DNA from: an uncultured Thermoanaerobaculia bacterium
GTDB lineage: Bacteria > Acidobacteriota > Thermoanaerobaculia > Multivoradales > JBCCEF01
Length of the DNA: 61,147 nucleotides
Assembly (NCBI GenBank): GCA_964573125.1
Contig: CAZNIX010000001.1
Coordinates: 1-61,147 of the forward strand
Direction of reading: 5' to 3'
A model generated the notes under the pieces. That model had not been told where the DNA came from. It ran no database searches and saw nothing but the letters and a program-made list of their open reading frames with translations. The position numbers and the translations under genes are program-made. Shown in pieces: positions 26,428 to 35,807 of this stretch; position 1 is the stretch's first letter; each line of letters opens with the position of its first letter.

Positions 26428-27606
26428 ATGAGAATCTCCACCCCTCTGGTCGTCACCGCGTTGCTCTGTGCGCTCGTCCTCACGAGCCCGCTGCCGGCGA
26501 ACGCGCAGGGCTGTACCCTCTGGTTGCCGAGCAGTATCGAGAATGCCATCGACAGCCTCTTGCTCGGCGCCTGCAATCGCCACGATACGTGCTGGCGGAC
26601 CCTCAACCCCTGTGGTGGTCCGTATCTCGGCCTAGGCTGGAAGGCGCAGTGCGATCTGGCGTTCCTCGCCGACCTGTCGGCGGTCTGCGTGGCCGCGACG
26701 GCGATCATCTCCTTCCCCAACTCCTATTTCCCGGACGCCGACGAGTTCCTCGAGGACTGCGAGACCGGCGCCGCGGCGGCCTATGCCGGCGTCTCCGCCG
26801 CGATTCCGATCTGGTGGGGCTCGCAGTGCGCCTTCGGCTGCAACGCCAACACGTGCGCTAGCCTCAGCGCCCCCCTCCCGTCGTACTGCTGCCCCGCCTT
26901 CCCGCCCTGCGAATGCTTCAGCGATCAGGATTGCGATTACCTTCCTCCGCCCACCGAATGGGGGACCTGGGCTTGCCTCGGCTGCAGGTGCATTCCGACC
27001 AACAGCCCGCTCGTACTCCACCTCCCGGACTACCTGCCGATCAAGGCCGCCGGCGGCGACTGGTGGCAGCAGGGATTCTGCGGCCCGGAGGCGCCGACGG
27101 TCTGCCTCGATTGGCGCGACGAGGGCAACCTGACCTGCACCGGCTGGACCGCCCCCGAGACTGACGTCGCCTTCCTCGTCACGCTGAACGAGGAAGACAC
27201 GCTGTTCCTGGCCGTCGGCCAATCCGTTCGTGCCGAGCCCTGGCGCCACATGTTCGGCAACGTCACCAAGGGAAGCGCCGGGGACTTCCCGTACGCGCAC
27301 GGCTTCGAGGCGCTGGCCGCGTTCTGCGGCCAGGATCCCGACGTCGGCGTGGCACTCGACCTCGGCGAGTGCGGCGAGCGTCTCTACGCCTGGGTCGACC
27401 GCAGCGCCGACGGCCGGATCGAGGCCGCCGAGCTGGTGGAGTTCTCGCAGCTCGGGATCTCGTCGCTGGGCAATGTGAGGGCGACGGACAAGATGGACAA
27501 GTGCGGCAACACCTTCCCTGCCGAGTCCCATGCGCTCTGCGCCGGCCGCAAGTGCGGGACCTGGCTCGACGTGTTCTTCGAGTCGCGCCCGCTTCCGGCT
27601 CCTTGA
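26428..27606 (+). CDS. Secreted Cys-rich protein with phospholipase-A2-like C-x-x-H-D-x-C-W motif
   Basis: ORF 26338..27606; ATG 26428 follows a strong AGGAGG. Signal peptide: MRISTPLVVTALLCALVLTSPLPANA. GACNRHDTCWRTLNPCG resembles the sPLA2 catalytic CC..HD.C[YW] box. There are more than 25 Cys residues, and the C-terminus has an EF-hand-like DRSADGRIEAAEL. Confidence 0.55.
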   Translation: MRISTPLVVTALLCALVLTSPLPANAQGCTLWLPSSIENAIDSLLLGACNRHDTCWRTLNPCGGPYLGLGWKAQCDLAFLADLSAVCVAATAIISFPNSYFPDADEFLEDCETGAAAAYAGVSAAIPIWWGSQCAFGCNANTCASLSAPLPSYCCPAFPPCECFSDQDCDYLPPPTEWGTWACLGCRCIPTNSPLVLHLPDYLPIKAAGGDWWQQGFCGPEAPTVCLDWRDEGNLTCTGWTAPETDVAFLVTLNEEDTLFLAVGQSVRAEPWRHMFGNVTKGSAGDFPYAHGFEALAAFCGQDPDVGVALDLGECGERLYAWVDRSADGRIEAAELVEFSQLGISSLGNVRATDKMDKCGNTFPAESHALCAGRKCGTWLDVFFESRPLPAP

Positions 27607-27715
27607 CGCGGGGCCGGCCGCCGACTCCCCGATGCTCGCGCCGGGACCGCCGTCACGGGCGGTCCCGGCACGGCGCGGTTCGCCGCGGCGGACTGATATC
27701 GTCGGGGCCGCGCAC

Positions 27716-28594
27716 ATGGATGGTGGACGTGCAACCGGAATCGCCGTCGTCGCCGCCGCGGCCGTTCTCGCCGCCGCGGCCCCGGCGGCGGCCCAGACCC
27801 CGCGCGTGCTCCTGGTCGGCGACAGCTGGGCGGCGTTCTTCTGGCAGACCGAGGCGCTGAGCCAGACCTTCGCTGCGCACGGCCATCCGGAGTTCGTCGA
27901 GCGGGGCGCGGTCACCGCCATCTCCGGCAGCACCGCCGCCGAGTGGACCGATCCCGCCTTCCTGCAGCTGATCACCGACGAGCTGGCCGCGCACCCGACC
28001 ATCGACGTCGTCCAGATCACCCTCGGCGGCAACGACTTCCTCGACGGCGAGCCGGACGGCTGGTACGTCGGCATCCCCGACCCGGAGGCGCTGTACGCCG
28101 AGATCGTCGCCGACGTCGCAACGGTGGTCGACCACACCCTCGCCCTCGACCCCGACCTCCGGGTGCTGGTCAGCGGCTACGACTACCCCAACTTCGTCGA
28201 GTCGCTCGAGCGCATCCTCGCCTTCGTCTGCATCCCGCTCTGGAACGGCATGAACCAGCCCGACCCGACGACCCTCAACCAGGCCAGCCTCGCGCTCGGC
28301 GAGGAGTTCGACACCCTCGCCGCGACGCGCGAGCGGGTCGACGTAATCCACCACTGGGGGCTGATGCAGTTCGTCTTCGGCGCCGGCGCCCCGCCGCCCG
28401 GCGACCCCACCCAGCCGAGCCCGATCGAGGCGATGGCGCTCCAGGCCGACTGCATCCACCTGCGCCCCGCCGGCTACCTCGCGGTCGCCGAGAGCCTCTG
28501 GCAGAGGTACTACGAGCAGGCGCTGACCGGGACGATCTTCTCCGACGGCTTCGAGAGCGGCGACGTCGGCGCCTGGAGCGGCAGCGTTCCCTGA
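27716..28594 (+). CDS. Secreted SGNH/GDSL lipase/esterase
   Basis: ORF 27530..28594. The likely start is ATG 27716 (signal MDGGRATGIAVVAAAAVLAAAAPAAAQ). SGNH blocks: VLLVGDSWAAFF, ISGSTA, TLGGNDF, ADCIHLRPAGY. Confidence 0.75.
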   Translation: MDGGRATGIAVVAAAAVLAAAAPAAAQTPRVLLVGDSWAAFFWQTEALSQTFAAHGHPEFVERGAVTAISGSTAAEWTDPAFLQLITDELAAHPTIDVVQITLGGNDFLDGEPDGWYVGIPDPEALYAEIVADVATVVDHTLALDPDLRVLVSGYDYPNFVESLERILAFVCIPLWNGMNQPDPTTLNQASLALGEEFDTLAATRERVDVIHHWGLMQFVFGAGAPPPGDPTQPSPIEAMALQADCIHLRPAGYLAVAESLWQRYYEQALTGTIFSDGFESGDVGAWSGSVP

Positions 28595-28756
28595 GCGTCG
28601 GCCAGGGGATTCCGAGCTTGTCAGCGGCGGTTACGACCCCACCCATGCGCGCGATCCGGAGCAGGACGACGGGTGCCGGCAGGACCGGGACTCCGGCCAC
28701 CAGCCGGCGCTCGCGCACTCGGCCGGCGACGAGTCCCCCGGGATGGCGCGCGAAGC

Positions 28757-29791
28757 TCACGACCGCTGGGCCGCGCGGGCCTCCGGGGAAGCCTGCCAGC
28801 CGAAGCCCTCGTAGCTCCACTCGAAGCCGCCGCCGGGACGGAGGTCGAAGACCGCGAAGCCCTCGGCGGTGTCCATGCCGGCCCGCGGGCCCATCCACTG
28901 CTGGCCGCTGACCGAGCCGAGGCAGAGGAAGGTCTGGCCGGCGAGCTCGAGGCGCTCGACGAGGTGGAGGTGGCCGCTGAGCACCGCCCGGACGTCGCCC
29001 TCTTCGAGCGCCTCGAGCAGCGCCTCGGGGTTGCGGCTCATGCGGTCGAACCCGATCTGCCAGCGGCCGTTCTCCAGGTCGCGCTCGGGGCGGCTGGTGA
29101 GAAACTCGACCGCGGTCAGCGGCGGCACGTGCATGGCCACCATCGCCGGCTTGCGGCGGTTGTCCCGGAGATCCGCGCGCAGCCAGTCGAGCTGCTCCTC
29201 GTCGACGAAGCCGACGTGCTTGCCGGGCGTGGTGCGGTGGACGTTGTCCACCACCACGAAGTGCCAGCCGCCGTGGTCGAAGCTGTAGTAGCGGCGGTTA
29301 AGATCGAGCACTCTCTGCATCAGGCCGAACGCGAAGTCCGGGTGGTCGGGCGGGATGGCGCCGGCGCCCCAGCCGGCGGCGTCGTGGTTGCCGAGCAGGT
29401 GGTAGGCGGGGATCGAGGTGCTGTCGTTCCAGATCTCGACGAAGCGATCCGCCCGCCGCCGCGCCGCCTCGAGGTCGAGCGAGCGGAGGTCGTGGCAGAG
29501 GTCGCCGCCAGTCCACAGAAACGCCGGCTTCGGGCGCAGCCGCTCGACCGCCTGGAGCGCGGCGGCCATGCCTTCGTCCGACCGGAACTCGTCGCGCAGG
29601 TGGACGTCGGGGAAGTAGACGAAGCGGAAAGACGCGGAGCCGTCGCCTCGCTCCGCCCGCCCTTCCGCCGCCGCCGGCCACAGGCCGAGCCCGGCCCCGA
29701 GCGCGGCGGCGCTGGCTCCCTTCACGAAGTCCCGACGGGTGGCGGCGGCGCGGTGTCCGGGGACGGTCGATCGGTTGTCCTGGTCGCTCAT
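28757..29791 (-). CDS. Tat-exported metallophosphoesterase
   Basis: It has a twin-arginine signal (TRRDFVKGASAAALGAGLG). Calcineurin-like motifs appear in order: YFPDVHL, GGDLCHD, GNHD, HVPP, GHLH. Confidence 0.85.
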   Translation of the reverse strand: MSDQDNRSTVPGHRAAATRRDFVKGASAAALGAGLGLWPAAAEGRAERGDGSASFRFVYFPDVHLRDEFRSDEGMAAALQAVERLRPKPAFLWTGGDLCHDLRSLDLEAARRRADRFVEIWNDSTSIPAYHLLGNHDAAGWGAGAIPPDHPDFAFGLMQRVLDLNRRYYSFDHGGWHFVVVDNVHRTTPGKHVGFVDEEQLDWLRADLRDNRRKPAMVAMHVPPLTAVEFLTSRPERDLENGRWQIGFDRMSRNPEALLEALEEGDVRAVLSGHLHLVERLELAGQTFLCLGSVSGQQWMGPRAGMDTAEGFAVFDLRPGGGFEWSYEGFGWQASPEARAAQRS

Positions 29792-30201
29792 GGAGTCCTC
29801 CTGGTCGTGGGTCTTGGGGGGCGATCTGCGGGCGATCTCCGATCTCGAGGTGCCGCTCTGCGAGATCGCCGGGCCGCCGGTTCCGGCAGCGAGGCCGGCC
29901 CGCGGCCCTCGACCCCCTCTTCGACCAGCTCCCGGATCTTCTCGCGCGCCGCGGCGAGTGCACGGCGGCCCTCGCCGGTGGCCTCGTAGTACTTCCGAAC
30001 CCTGCCGCCGACGACGCGGTTCTCCCGCCTGAGCCAGCCTTCGGCCTCGAGCGCGTGCAGCATCGGGTAGAGCGTGCCCGGGCTCAGCTCATAGCCGTGA
30101 CGGGCTAGCTCCTCGATCATCGCCAGCCCGTAGACCGGCTCTTGCGCTGCGTGGTGCAGGATGTGGATCTTGATGAAGCCGAGGAAGAAGTCGCGGAGCA
30201 T
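29788..30201 (-). CDS. PadR family transcriptional regulator
   Basis: IKIHILHHAAQEPVYGLAMIEELARHGYELSPGTLYPMLHALEAEGWL..VRKYYEATGEGR is the classic PadR wHTH. There is a 4-nt ATGA overlap with the metallophosphoesterase gene (same operon). Confidence 0.85.
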   Translation of the reverse strand: MLRDFFLGFIKIHILHHAAQEPVYGLAMIEELARHGYELSPGTLYPMLHALEAEGWLRRENRVVGGRVRKYYEATGEGRRALAAAREKIRELVEEGVEGRGPASLPEPAARRSRRAAPRDRRSPADRPPRPTTRRTP

Positions 30202-30339
30202 TGTGCACTCCTCCGATATCGGAATCCGATACTAGCGCGACTGTCTGCAGGCCGGGACGTCCCTGCCGTCGTTCAAGCGGTGCACGGCGGAACACGTGCG
30301 AGGCGGTGGCTGGCGGCCAGCCGGCCCGGCTCACCGCGC

Positions 30340-31622
30340 TCAGCCAGTCCGGCTCCGCAGCCAGAGCCAGCCCATCGCCAGGGCGAGCGTGACCAGGGCC
30401 ACCGGTACGCCGGTCCGGGCGTGGCGCCGCCAGCCGATCTCGATCCCGTGGCGCGTCGCCACGTCGGCAACGATCAGGTTGGCGATGCTGCCGACGATCA
30501 GGAGGTTCCCCGCCAGCGTGCTGGTCAGCGCGAGAAGCGGTCCGGCCAACGGGTAGCCTCCCGGTACGCTTTCGACCAGCGGTGCGAGCAGCATCACCGC
30601 CGGCACGTTCGAGACGGTGTTGGAGAGTGCGACCGTGAGCGCGAACAGCCAGCCCGGGCGGCCGGGATCGATCCCCGCGGCGCCGAGGGCGGCGACCGCA
30701 CGGTCGGTAACGCCGGTCGCCTCGAGCGCGTGGTTGACCACGAACAGACCGCAGAAGAGCACGAGGAGTTGCCAGTCCACGAGCCCGAGCATCCGCCGCG
30801 AGTGCAGCCGCCGGCTGCACAGCAGGACGCCGGCACTGGCGAGCGCGACCAGGTCCCGCCGGGCATCGGTGGCCAGGAAGGCGATGAGCAGCGCCGTCGT
30901 CATGAGGAGCCCCTTCGCGGTCTGCCAGCGGTCGAGCGCCGGCGCCGTCTCGTCGCCGTCCTCCGGCGCAGCCGCTGCGCCTGTCGCCGCCTGAGACTGC
31001 TCCGGCGCGACCGTCCACCGCCTGCGCTGTTGACCGGCGATTACCGCCCAGGTCGCCACCAGACCCGCCACCGCCGGCACGCCCGCGTCGCCGAGGTAGC
31101 CGACGAACGACAGCCCTAGGGTCTCGCCGATCAGGATGTTCTGCGGGTTGCCGATCAGCGTCGCGGCCGAGCCGACGTTGGCGGCGCAGGCCAGGGCGAG
31201 CAGGAACGGCACCGGGTCGAGACCGCGCCGCCGGCAGGCGTCGATCAGCACCGGCGCCACGGCCAGGCACACGATGTCGTTGGTGAACACGGCCGCCAAC
31301 GCGCCCGCGAGCAGCACCACCGCCAGGAGCAGCTTCGGAGGATCGAGGCCGATCCGGGTCACCGCCTCGGCCACGCGCCCGTAGAAGCCGCCGAGCCGGA
31401 GCTGTGCCGAGAGCACCATCAGGGCGAAGAGCAGGGCGATGGTCGGCAGATCGACCGCCCTCGCCGCATCCTCGATGGTCAGGACCCCGAGGGCGACGAG
31501 CGCGATGGCGCCCAGGAGAGAGCCGCACCGGTCCGGTCGAGCTGAAGCCGCGGCAGGCGGCCGAGCAGCATCCCCAGGTAGACCAGGGCGAAGACGCCGA
31601 GCGTCACCGCGGTGGGGTTCAT
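30340..31622 (-). pseudogene. ArsB/NhaD-superfamily anion permease, frame-disrupted about 35 codons after the start
   Basis: The N-terminus MNPTAVTLGVFALVYLGMLLGRLPRLQLDRTGAAL (ATG 31622) is in the frame of ORF 31479..31784. The continuation LLGAIALVALGVLTIEDAARAVDLPTIALLFALMVL... and the remaining ~390 aa of a multi-TM permease are in the frame of ORF 30340..31770. The switch is at the GCTCTCTCCTGG tract around 31515-31525. Confidence 0.7.
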
Positions 31623-31735
31623 CCTGGATGGGGACAATAGTGCATCGGTCGCCCACGCCCCGGCGCGTGGTTGACGAGAATCGCCGGAATGCCGTAGCCA
31701 CTGGCCTCCCAACGACGACCACGAGAGGAGGCCCC

Positions 31736-32638
31736 ATGCCCCGCCACTCCGACGACAACCCCGCCGCCATCTACCGCGACTCACTCAGCCGCGGCAGCTA
31801 CTGGGCCGTCCACCACTCCCTCGAGACGATCGTCAAGCTCCTCGGCGGCACCGACCCCTGGACCCACCCGTGGCACCGGCTCCGCTACCGCGACACCGCG
31901 CGGGTGCGGGCGCAGCTCGTCGAGCGCTACGCCCCGGCGACGGTCAACAAGATCCTCTCGGCGCTCCGCGGCGTACTCAAGACGTGCTGGCGGCTCGGCT
32001 TGATCGACGCCGAGACCTACGCCCGGGCGGCCGACGTCGCCAACGTCCGGGCGAAGACGCTGCCGTCGGGGCGGGCGGTCGAGCGCGACGAGGTGCGGGC
32101 GCTGTTCGCGGCGTGCGACGACTCGCCGGCCGGGCGGCGGGATGCGGCGATGCTGGCGATCCTCTACGGCGGCGGGCTGAGGCGGGCGGAGTTGTGCGGG
32201 CTCGACCTCGACGATTTCGACGCCGGCGGGTGCGTGATCACCGTGCGGGCGGGCAAGGGCCGGCGCGACCGGCGGGTGTTCCTCGCGAAGTCAGTGTGCA
32301 AGGTTGTTCGAAGATGGATCGCCGCACGGGGCGGTGACGACGGGGCGCTGTTCTGCCCGATCAGTGCCGGCGGCACTGTGCGGCTCACCCGGCTGCGCGG
32401 CGAGGCCGTGCGGTACATCCTCCAGCGGCGCCAGCGGCAGGCGGGGCTCGACGGCATCACGCCGCATTCGCTAAGGCGCTCATATGTGTCCGAGTTGCTC
32501 GCGGCCGGGGTGGAGGTGTTCACCGTGCAGAAGCTGGCGGGTCACGCCGATGCGGTGACCACGGCGCGGTACGACCGGCGGGGCGAGGGTGAGCCGCGGC
32601 GGGCGGCGGCGCAGCTGCGGATTCCCTCGGCACGGTAG
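31736..32638 (+). CDS. Tyrosine recombinase / phage-type integrase (XerC/D-like), intact copy
   Basis: ORF 31439..32638; ATG 31736 follows GAGAGGAGG. Catalytic contexts: LYGGGLRRAEL (Arg), HSLRRSY (His-x-x-Arg), GHADAVTTARY (His...Tyr). Its first ~105 codons plus ~70 nt of upstream sequence are repeated at 49655-50040. Confidence 0.9.
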   Translation: MPRHSDDNPAAIYRDSLSRGSYWAVHHSLETIVKLLGGTDPWTHPWHRLRYRDTARVRAQLVERYAPATVNKILSALRGVLKTCWRLGLIDAETYARAADVANVRAKTLPSGRAVERDEVRALFAACDDSPAGRRDAAMLAILYGGGLRRAELCGLDLDDFDAGGCVITVRAGKGRRDRRVFLAKSVCKVVRRWIAARGGDDGALFCPISAGGTVRLTRLRGEAVRYILQRRQRQAGLDGITPHSLRRSYVSELLAAGVEVFTVQKLAGHADAVTTARYDRRGEGEPRRAAAQLRIPSAR

Positions 32639-32670
32639 TAGGCGCCGTGACGAGCTTGATCTTTTGGTTC

Positions 32671-33639
32671 TCAGGACACCTTTTCGATCAACCACCGAAC
32701 TAACCCGGCCTCAACAACCATGGCCGCGAGCTCCTCCGGCCCGACGAGGGTAACCCGAGGATCCTCAAGCTTTGCCGGTTCGCCAGAGTGGTAGACGTAG
32801 AACATCCGCCCATAGAGATCAGCCCGCTCGCCCAGTTTGGCAGTGTAGTCGGCCAACTCGGCCGAGGTCGTCCTGGACTTGATCTGGACGAACGCCCGCT
32901 CACCTGTGCTGGGCAAGACTAGATCGATGTCGAGCGTGTCCTGGGACTTGCCGACAACTCCCACGCGCCGCCAGCCACTTGCGGAGAAGACCAGATCAAC
33001 CAAGAGCTCGAAGTCCTTCGGGGTGAGCATCCGCATCAGGGGCAGAATCGACGCCTCCATCTCCTGTGAGGCAAGGAGCGCCCGCTCCACCTCAGGCATC
33101 TTCTGACCGTTGATCCTCCGAACGACGTACTCTGAGACATCAACGTCGCATGACGTCCCACGGTAGGCCGCCAACTTGGTCACGGCACCCGAAAGCCGAT
33201 CCTTGGTAAGGGGAATGCCGTCGAGGTCGGTGGATCGCCAACCCCCGCTGATCCGCCGGAAGACGCCGTCGCCGTCAGGATGCGGTTCAGGGGGACTCGC
33301 GTCGAGCATGCCCCAGTGCAGGCGCTCGTTCATGAAGGTGATCCACAGCGTCGTACCTGCGTCCTCGAAGAACAGCCGCAGCTCGTTTGTGTAACGTGTC
33401 GCAGTGCCCTTGTCCCGCCCTTCGGCGACGAAGGATCTCGCGAGCTCGTCCCACTGCTCCGACTGACATAGCGCAAACCGACTTGGTGCCGCCGAGCCGA
33501 AACCGATGCGGATGATCCCGTTCTCAAGACATTCCTTCTCCCAGCTACCGCCCTCGCCGAGCTTGATGTACCGGACGCGACTTGGCTGGATCACGGTCGC
33601 CTCGGCTTCCCGTCCGCGGTTGTCCGCGGTCAACCCCAC
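32671..33639 (-). CDS. Mrr-type (PD-(D/E)xK) restriction endonuclease domain protein with uncharacterised N-terminal domain
   Basis: The C-terminal DFELLVDLVFSASGWRRVGVVGKSQDTLDIDLVLPSTGERAFVQIKSRT has the Mrr_cat layout (FE.LV..L...G......D.GiD....-x-vQ.K). I do not recognise the N-terminal ~190 aa (RYIKLGEGGSWEKECLENGIIRIGF...). Confidence 0.75.
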   Translation of the reverse strand: MGLTADNRGREAEATVIQPSRVRYIKLGEGGSWEKECLENGIIRIGFGSAAPSRFALCQSEQWDELARSFVAEGRDKGTATRYTNELRLFFEDAGTTLWITFMNERLHWGMLDASPPEPHPDGDGVFRRISGGWRSTDLDGIPLTKDRLSGAVTKLAAYRGTSCDVDVSEYVVRRINGQKMPEVERALLASQEMEASILPLMRMLTPKDFELLVDLVFSASGWRRVGVVGKSQDTLDIDLVLPSTGERAFVQIKSRTTSAELADYTAKLGERADLYGRMFYVYHSGEPAKLEDPRVTLVGPEELAAMVVEAGLVRWLIEKVS

Positions 33640-33700
33640 ATCCGTTGCTGCCCGAGCGAGAGATCGCCCACATCGACGCCAGGCCGCTACTCCGACCCCG

Positions 33701-34039
33701 TCAGCTCGCCCAGGCCCCGAAGTACTCCTCCCGGAGCCTGCCGATGAAATCGTGCTCGGCCAGCCGGTAGTAGATCGTCTGTGCCTCGCGCCGGCTGTTG
33801 ACCAACCTGTATGCCCTGAGCTTGGTCAGGTGCTGCGAGACCGCCGACACCGACACCCCCAAGAGCTCCGCAAGATCGGAGACGCTCACCTCCGTTAGGC
33901 TCTCGAGCAGGAAGAGCAGCTTCAGGCGAGTCGAGTTCCCTGCCAGCTTCATCAGCTCCGCCGTCTCGTCGATCCCCGGCGCCTCCGCCAGGGTCTTGTC
34001 CGTCAGCTCCGCCTTTCCACTCCGTGTTCCTTGCGCCAT
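33701..34039 (-). CDS. ArsR/SmtB family transcriptional regulator (metal-site cysteines replaced)
   Basis: LAGNSTRLKLLFLLESLTEVSVSDLAELLGVSVSAVSQHLTKLRAYRLVNSRREAQTIYYRL is an ArsR wHTH. The usual ELCVCDL box reads EVSVSDL. Confidence 0.85.
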   Translation of the reverse strand: MAQGTRSGKAELTDKTLAEAPGIDETAELMKLAGNSTRLKLLFLLESLTEVSVSDLAELLGVSVSAVSQHLTKLRAYRLVNSRREAQTIYYRLAEHDFIGRLREEYFGAWAS

Positions 34040-34267
34040 CCTGTTCCTCCCCGCCTGTCTCGGGCCGACCGATCGCCGGACGGCCGCCGTCCGAAGTGTA
34101 CTACTCAGCGTTCACGGTCCAGCAGTTGGCCAGGCATGCGGATGTGGCGACGGCGGCGGGCACGACCGACGGGGAGGGGAGCGACGCATACAGGTGCGCA
34201 TTGGCACGGACAGACTGAAGCGGCATCGGATGAGCAGGTAGACGCGCGTGCGGCCGCCCGTCATCGG

Positions 34268-34654
34268 TTACTCGGTAGGGTCGAGGCTTCGGTCGTCGCC
34301 AAGGGCCGCTGCTAGCTTGCCAACGGCACCCGGCTTCGAACGAATCCAGCGGCGGAACGAAGCGTGCTTCTCGTCCTGTATCAGGCTCTCCCAGTCAGGC
34401 AGAACGACACAGACATCGCGCTGTTCCAGAAACCCTGCCTCTATGAATGCGTCGATGAGCGTCGGCACCTCGCTCTGGGGTATTGCAAAGGCCAAAGCCC
34501 ACTCCGCCCTGGAGATTGCGGCGACGTCGGGTGAGCGAGCCACATCTACAAGGAGCTCCCAGAGCTGACTCCGGAGCCCCAGGGCAGCGACGGGTGGGAT
34601 GCCAAGAAGTTCCGCCAAGCGAACGACGCGAGGTTCGTCTGTTGGTCCGTACAT
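34268..34654 (-). CDS. Hypothetical 128-aa protein
   Basis: ORF 34268..35101, but the upstream two thirds are antisense to an integrase remnant. The plausible start is ATG 34654 (MYGPTDEPRVVRLAELLGIPPVAALGL..). I recognise no family. Confidence 0.45.
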   Translation of the reverse strand: MYGPTDEPRVVRLAELLGIPPVAALGLRSQLWELLVDVARSPDVAAISRAEWALAFAIPQSEVPTLIDAFIEAGFLEQRDVCVVLPDWESLIQDEKHASFRRWIRSKPGAVGKLAAALGDDRSLDPTE

Positions 34655-34807
34655 GTCGTCCACTCTAGAACAGGATCGTGCGGGATCTTGCCTTCCGTCT
34701 ACCGCGGCCTCTGGAGAGCACGAGAGAACAGCTGCACGGGAAGCCATCGAGAAGCCCGGCCAGGGCCGGAAAGAACCGCCAGGATGCCGAGCGCCCACGG
34801 TCTGGAC

Positions 34808-34930
34808 GGGTTGACCGTCCAGCGGCTGGCGGGACATGCCGATCCGGTGACGACGGCGCGGTACGATCGGCGGGGGGAGGGGGAGCGGCGGCGGGCGGCG
34901 GCGGCGCTTCAGATTCCCAAGGCCGGTTGA
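34808..34930 (+). pseudogene. 3'-terminal remnant (~40 codons) of a tyrosine recombinase gene
   Basis: LTVQRLAGHADPVTTARYDRRGEGERRRAAAALQIPKAG* aligns with FTVQKLAGHADAVTTARYDRRGEGEPRRAAAQLRIPSAR* of the intact integrase. Nothing upstream of it is integrase-like. Confidence 0.7.
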
Positions 34931-35102
34931 CCTCTTCGACGCCGCCGGGCACCGCGTCTCTCGACACGCCACGGGCAGCCTTCGCGATGACCAACCCCTA
35001 CCCAGTCGATCCGTGAAAGAATAGCTTCGGGTTAAGCGAGTGCGAGCAGTCAGGCAGTCCAGTCCCCTGCCGCACGTTTTTTGGAAAGGACTCGATGCCA
35101 CT

Positions 35103-35807
35103 ATGCAAGTGGACCTCCCGAAGCTCCTCCATCCACGTCTCGCGGGCGATTGTCTGACGCTCTATCAGAATGCTCACTATAAGCACGCCGCCCTCGAGGC
35201 GATGCAAACGGTGGAAGGCGCGTTGCGGGAAAAGGGTGTCGCTCCTGCACGGGCCTTTGGCGTACGGCTAGTTAGGGCCACGCTTGGGCGCTCGCAGCAC
35301 ATAATGCTGAGCCTAGAATTGGGGCAGGAGTTGCAGGACGCCGCCCTGAAGATGTTCGAGGGCGCTTTCTCGTTCTACCGCAACTATGCAGCACACGAGG
35401 GGGCAAGAATCGATGACCGTGTCGCTCTCAGAGTTATGATGCTCGCTAGTGAGCTGCTCGATCTGCTCGGTGCATCGCGCAGAAGCTTCACGGCGCTAGG
35501 TGGACTCGACGGCCTTTTGAAGCACGGTTTTTTTAAGACCCGACAAGACGTCGCCAATTGTCTCAGGTTCCTCGGCGGCTCTTGGTATTCGGACATCGCA
35601 CTCGACGGCTGGCTAGAGGACCAGGCTGAGGCCGGAGTAGATGATCTTCAGATCGAGGTGGCCTTCGACCTTGATCTGGTGATGGCAACGGAAACGATTC
35701 GCCACGGAGACGACGGCGTCTCGGAGATCATCACGACCATCGAGCTTACAGATCTTGGCCAGCAGGTACTCCACCAGGCCGAAGCAACACTCGACAGCAA
35801 CCCTTAG
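35103..35807 (+). CDS. TIGR02391 (Hypoth_Ymh)-type domain protein with extra C-terminal domain
   Basis: ORF 35040..35807, ATG 35103. LHPRLAGDCLTLYQNAHYKHAALEAMQTVEGALRE ... FEGAFSFYRNYAAHEG ... ALRVMMLASELLDLL matches my memory of the TIGR02391 motif order. Low G+C. Confidence 0.65.
   Translation: MQVDLPKLLHPRLAGDCLTLYQNAHYKHAALEAMQTVEGALREKGVAPARAFGVRLVRATLGRSQHIMLSLELGQELQDAALKMFEGAFSFYRNYAAHEGARIDDRVALRVMMLASELLDLLGASRRSFTALGGLDGLLKHGFFKTRQDVANCLRFLGGSWYSDIALDGWLEDQAEAGVDDLQIEVAFDLDLVMATETIRHGDDGVSEIITTIELTDLGQQVLHQAEATLDSNP

Noticed and set aside
22250-31530. Programmed ribosomal frameshifting as the explanation for the three frame breaks (BlaI-like ~22256, radC ~23041, permease ~31520)
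   Set aside because: There are no slippery heptamers of the X XXY YYZ type and no downstream pseudoknot-like structures at the sites, and these gene families are not known to use recoding. Decay or base-calling error is more parsimonious.
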